Assembly: GCA_013360865.1 (NCBI GenBank)
Contig: JABWAS010000003.1
Coordinates: 681-64,680 of the forward strand
Direction: 5' to 3'
Source: Candidatus Paceibacter sp.
Lineage (GTDB): Bacteria; Patescibacteriota; Minisyncoccia; UBA9983
DNA length: 64,000 nucleotides
The notes beneath the pieces are model-generated. The model was given only the letters and a program-made list of their open reading frames with translations. It was not told where the DNA came from and did not search any database. Every line of letters starts with the position of its first letter. The stretch's first letter is position 1. This document shows, in pieces, positions 61,521-64,000 of this stretch. The position numbers were made by a program, and so were the translations under genes.

Positions 61521-61528
61521 ACAAAAAT

Positions 61529-62941
61529 ATGAAGATTGTTTTAATCAACCCGCCCTCTTTTAACACAATAACGTCTTGTTTGCCAAAAACTCTTGACGAA
61601 GGGCGCGGCTTTACCCCGCCGCTAGGCATAATGTACATAGCGGCCCAGATAGAAAAAGAGACAAATCATCAAGTGGAAATACTGGATGCCCAAGTTGATG
61701 AGCTTACTTACGAACAACTAAAAACAGAGATTCAAAAAAGAAAACCGGATGCCGTCGGGATAACCGCGATGACATTTACGCTTATCGATGTCATAAAAAC
61801 CGCAAAGATAGTAAAAGAAATAGACAGCAGTATAAAGATTATTATTGGCGGACCGCATGTTATCATATACCCGGAAGAAACCGCCGGTATCAAGGAGGTT
61901 GATTTCGTAATCATCGGCGAAGCGGAGCCCGTAATAAAACCTTTGTTGGACAACATAAACGATCCGGACAAGCTGGAAAAAGTGAAGGGTTTGGTATTCC
62001 GAAAAAATGACAAGATAATAAACACCGGCCGAAGCGAGCTCATTAAAAATATTGACGACTTGCCGTTTCCGGCCAGACACCTTACCAATTACAAGAAATA
62101 TTATTGGGCGCTTTCTCCCTATAGGCCTATAACCACCATGTTTACAAGCCGCGGATGCCCGTATCAATGTTTATTCTGCGACAGGCCTAATCTGGGGAAA
62201 AATTTTCGCCCCGCTTCCGCGAAAAGAGTCGTGGACGAGATGGAAGAATGCCAAAAAATGGGGATCCAAGAAATATTCGTTTACGATGACACATTTGGAG
62301 TGGACAGGCGGAGAGTTCTGGATATTTGCGACGGCCTTATAAAAAGAAACATCAAAATCGCGTGGAATATCAGGACAAGGGTGAACACCGTGGACGCGGA
62401 AGTTTTGTCCGCGCTGAAAAAGGCCGGCTGCCAAAGAATACACTACGGCGTGGAAGCAGGCACTCAAAAAATATTAAACGTTCTTAGAAAAGGAATAACT
62501 TTGGAGATGGTTGAGAAGGCTTTTAAACTCACAAGGAAAGCTGGGATACAAACCGCCGGCTACTTTATGATCGGCTCTCCCACAGAAACAGAAGAAGATA
62601 TTCTCAAGACAATAAAGTTTATGAATAAACTAAAGGCCGACTACATGCACATAACTATCGTTACACCCTACCCCGCCACCGGACTATACGCAATGGCTTT
62701 AAAAGAAAAAGTGATAGATAAGGATTACTGGCTGGAATTCGCCAAAAATCCGACAGAAGGTTTCGTGCCAAAAATTTGGGAGAAAGAAATTCCGCGTGAA
62801 AAATTATTTTATTTAATGAAAAAGGCCTATCGATCATTCTATCTTCGCCCGTCATTTGTGTTTAATAAAATAATCAGATTGAAGTCTGGAGAAGAATTTT
62901 TAAGGAAGGCTAAGGCGGCGGTAAAATTACTTAAAATATAA
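61529..62941 (+). CDS. B12-binding-domain radical SAM protein
   Basis: An N-terminal cobalamin-binding Rossmann domain (…VGITAMT…) followed by CPYQCLFCD (CxxxCxxC). Confidence 0.8.
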   Translation: MKIVLINPPSFNTITSCLPKTLDEGRGFTPPLGIMYIAAQIEKETNHQVEILDAQVDELTYEQLKTEIQKRKPDAVGITAMTFTLIDVIKTAKIVKEIDSSIKIIIGGPHVIIYPEETAGIKEVDFVIIGEAEPVIKPLLDNINDPDKLEKVKGLVFRKNDKIINTGRSELIKNIDDLPFPARHLTNYKKYYWALSPYRPITTMFTSRGCPYQCLFCDRPNLGKNFRPASAKRVVDEMEECQKMGIQEIFVYDDTFGVDRRRVLDICDGLIKRNIKIAWNIRTRVNTVDAEVLSALKKAGCQRIHYGVEAGTQKILNVLRKGITLEMVEKAFKLTRKAGIQTAGYFMIGSPTETEEDILKTIKFMNKLKADYMHITIVTPYPATGLYAMALKEKVIDKDYWLEFAKNPTEGFVPKIWEKEIPREKLFYLMKKAYRSFYLRPSFVFNKIIRLKSGEEFLRKAKAAVKLLKI

Positions 62942-62953
62942 TTCCATCGTAAA

Positions 62954-63589
62954 ATGAAAATACCAAAAAAGCAAAATATCCAACAAACAAATCCGGAAGA
63001 CCCGACAAAAAGATATTATCAGCCGATATTGCGCCATTTTTATCTAAAAAGACTTAAGATGGCGTTAAGTTGCCTTCCCGACAAGGAAAAATATGGCGCA
63101 ATTCTTGATATAGGCTACGGGGGAGGCATTTTCTTTCCCGAACTTTATCGACGCTGCGAAAAATTATATGGAATAGACACCTTCGGGGAAGACGGTAAAA
63201 CCAAAGTAAGAAACATGATGGCCAAGGAAAAAATCAACGCCGAAATTATTACAGGCAATATGACAAAAACACCGTTCCCCGACGATTTTTTTAACGCCGT
63301 TTTTTGCATTAGCGCCTTGGAGCACCTGGAACCCGATGAACTAGAAAGGGCAATACTTGAAATTAAAAGAATCACCAAAGACAACGGTTTGATTATATTA
63401 GGCTTTCCTTCCGGCAGAAAATTAATGCAAGCTTACTGCATGCTTGTCCAAAGAAATTTACGTTTTGACTTCCACCGGTCAAGCCATGAATTAATTATAA
63501 AAAACGCAAACAACCACTTAAAAATTGAGGAGGTTAAAAGTTTTTTCAAATTTATTCCAATTTATTACGTTTTAAAATGCAGAAAATAA
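62954..63589 (+). CDS. Class I SAM-dependent methyltransferase
   Basis: ILDIGYGGGIF motif I. Confidence 0.65.
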   Translation: MKIPKKQNIQQTNPEDPTKRYYQPILRHFYLKRLKMALSCLPDKEKYGAILDIGYGGGIFFPELYRRCEKLYGIDTFGEDGKTKVRNMMAKEKINAEIITGNMTKTPFPDDFFNAVFCISALEHLEPDELERAILEIKRITKDNGLIILGFPSGRKLMQAYCMLVQRNLRFDFHRSSHELIIKNANNHLKIEEVKSFFKFIPIYYVLKCRK

Positions 63590-63597
63590 AATAATTC

Positions 63598-64000
63598 ATG
63601 AAAGTTCTCTTAATTAATCCGCCATATACCAACTTTGAAGGAATGAAAAAATCCGCCGGCAATACTATGCCCCTTAATCTGGCTTATCTGGCCTCTTACC
63701 TCTTAAGTAAGATAACCTGCGAGATTAAGATTATAGACTGTGAAACAGAGGGTATGGGCTATAAAGAAATAGAAGAAACCGCCGTCCAGTACAGACCCGA
63801 TGTCGTTGGTATAACAACGCTTACTCCGCCAATGAAACATGTGGTGCAAATAACCAGAATAATTAAAAACACAAATCCTGATTGCCTTGTTGTTTTGGGC
63901 GGAGTGCATCCAACCGCTTTTCCAGAGAAAACAATGGAAGAAAGCGGGGCCGATTTTGCCGTAATCGGCGAAGGAGAAATAACATTTTACGAAATAACAA
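63598..64000 (+). CDS. Second B12-binding radical SAM protein (N-terminal part; runs off the window)
   Basis: MKVLLINPPY…, …VGITTLTPP…, …GGVHPTAFPE… is the cobalamin-binding domain of the same family as 61529-62941. Confidence 0.65.
   Translation, partial: MKVLLINPPYTNFEGMKKSAGNTMPLNLAYLASYLLSKITCEIKIIDCETEGMGYKEIEETAVQYRPDVVGITTLTPPMKHVVQITRIIKNTNPDCLVVLGGVHPTAFPEKTMEESGADFAVIGEGEITFYEIT

Overview
This 64-kb window looks like it comes from a small-genome, Patescibacteria/CPR-like bacterium. That placement is an inference from gene content (tandem VirB2/TrbC-like 2-TM pilin paralogs, a compact IF-2, many small secreted proteins, tRNA genes mostly without encoded CCA). Most of the window is housekeeping on both strands. 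It carries a ZnuBC-like ABC pair, a glycogen pair (GH57 enzyme with a C-terminal UVR motif plus glgA), infB, a GNAT, and tyrS. A minus-strand tRNA cluster (Gly-GCC, Leu-TAG, Lys-CTT, Leu-TAA, Cys-GCA and one tRNA with a non-canonical anticodon arm) is followed by rbfA, gpmI and eno. Next come an SPFH-like protein with a membrane partner, a five-gene tandem array of small signal-peptide/2-TM pilin-like proteins, an orphan solute-binding protein, a methyltransferase and gyrA. Further on lie an MBL hydrolase, an IS-type transposase N-terminal fragment, DsbA plus VKOR, a SulP transporter, a PAP2 phosphatase, recG, tRNA-Ile with a TAT anticodon, and ftsH. smpB and tmRNA flank an AT-rich NYN-domain gene. 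After that come a duplicated-domain hypothetical, a large secreted glycosidase, a trypsin-like protease, typA, an FNR-like reductase, ybaB, copper nitrite reductase nirK, an RRM protein, a SIMPL protein and Hsp20. The window ends with a low-GC secreted HEXXH metalloprotease, a nucleotidyltransferase, tgt, rpoD-dnaG, rpoC-rpoB, and a GT2 / B12-radical-SAM / methyltransferase / B12-radical-SAM cluster. The most interesting signals are non-genic. An 83-bp element with terminal inverted repeats is present in two identical copies, each inserted in the centre of a terminator hairpin. A family of long palindromes shares a GCGAGAC/GTCTCGC core, and one copy sits in-frame inside dnaG. Related CATCAAGG/CCTTGATG palindromes lie in the promoter regions of the pilin-like array. 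Three stable-RNA genes (tRNA-Gly, tRNA-Ile, tmRNA) are each followed about 85-150 bp downstream by a partial copy of their own 3' end. A roughly 300-nt promoter-driven structured RNA of unknown class lies downstream of recG. There are also several probable frameshifts or duplications in essential genes (a 26-bp tandem duplication in tyrS, split rpoB, the infB 3' end, the nirK 5' end). No CRISPR array or rRNA was seen.
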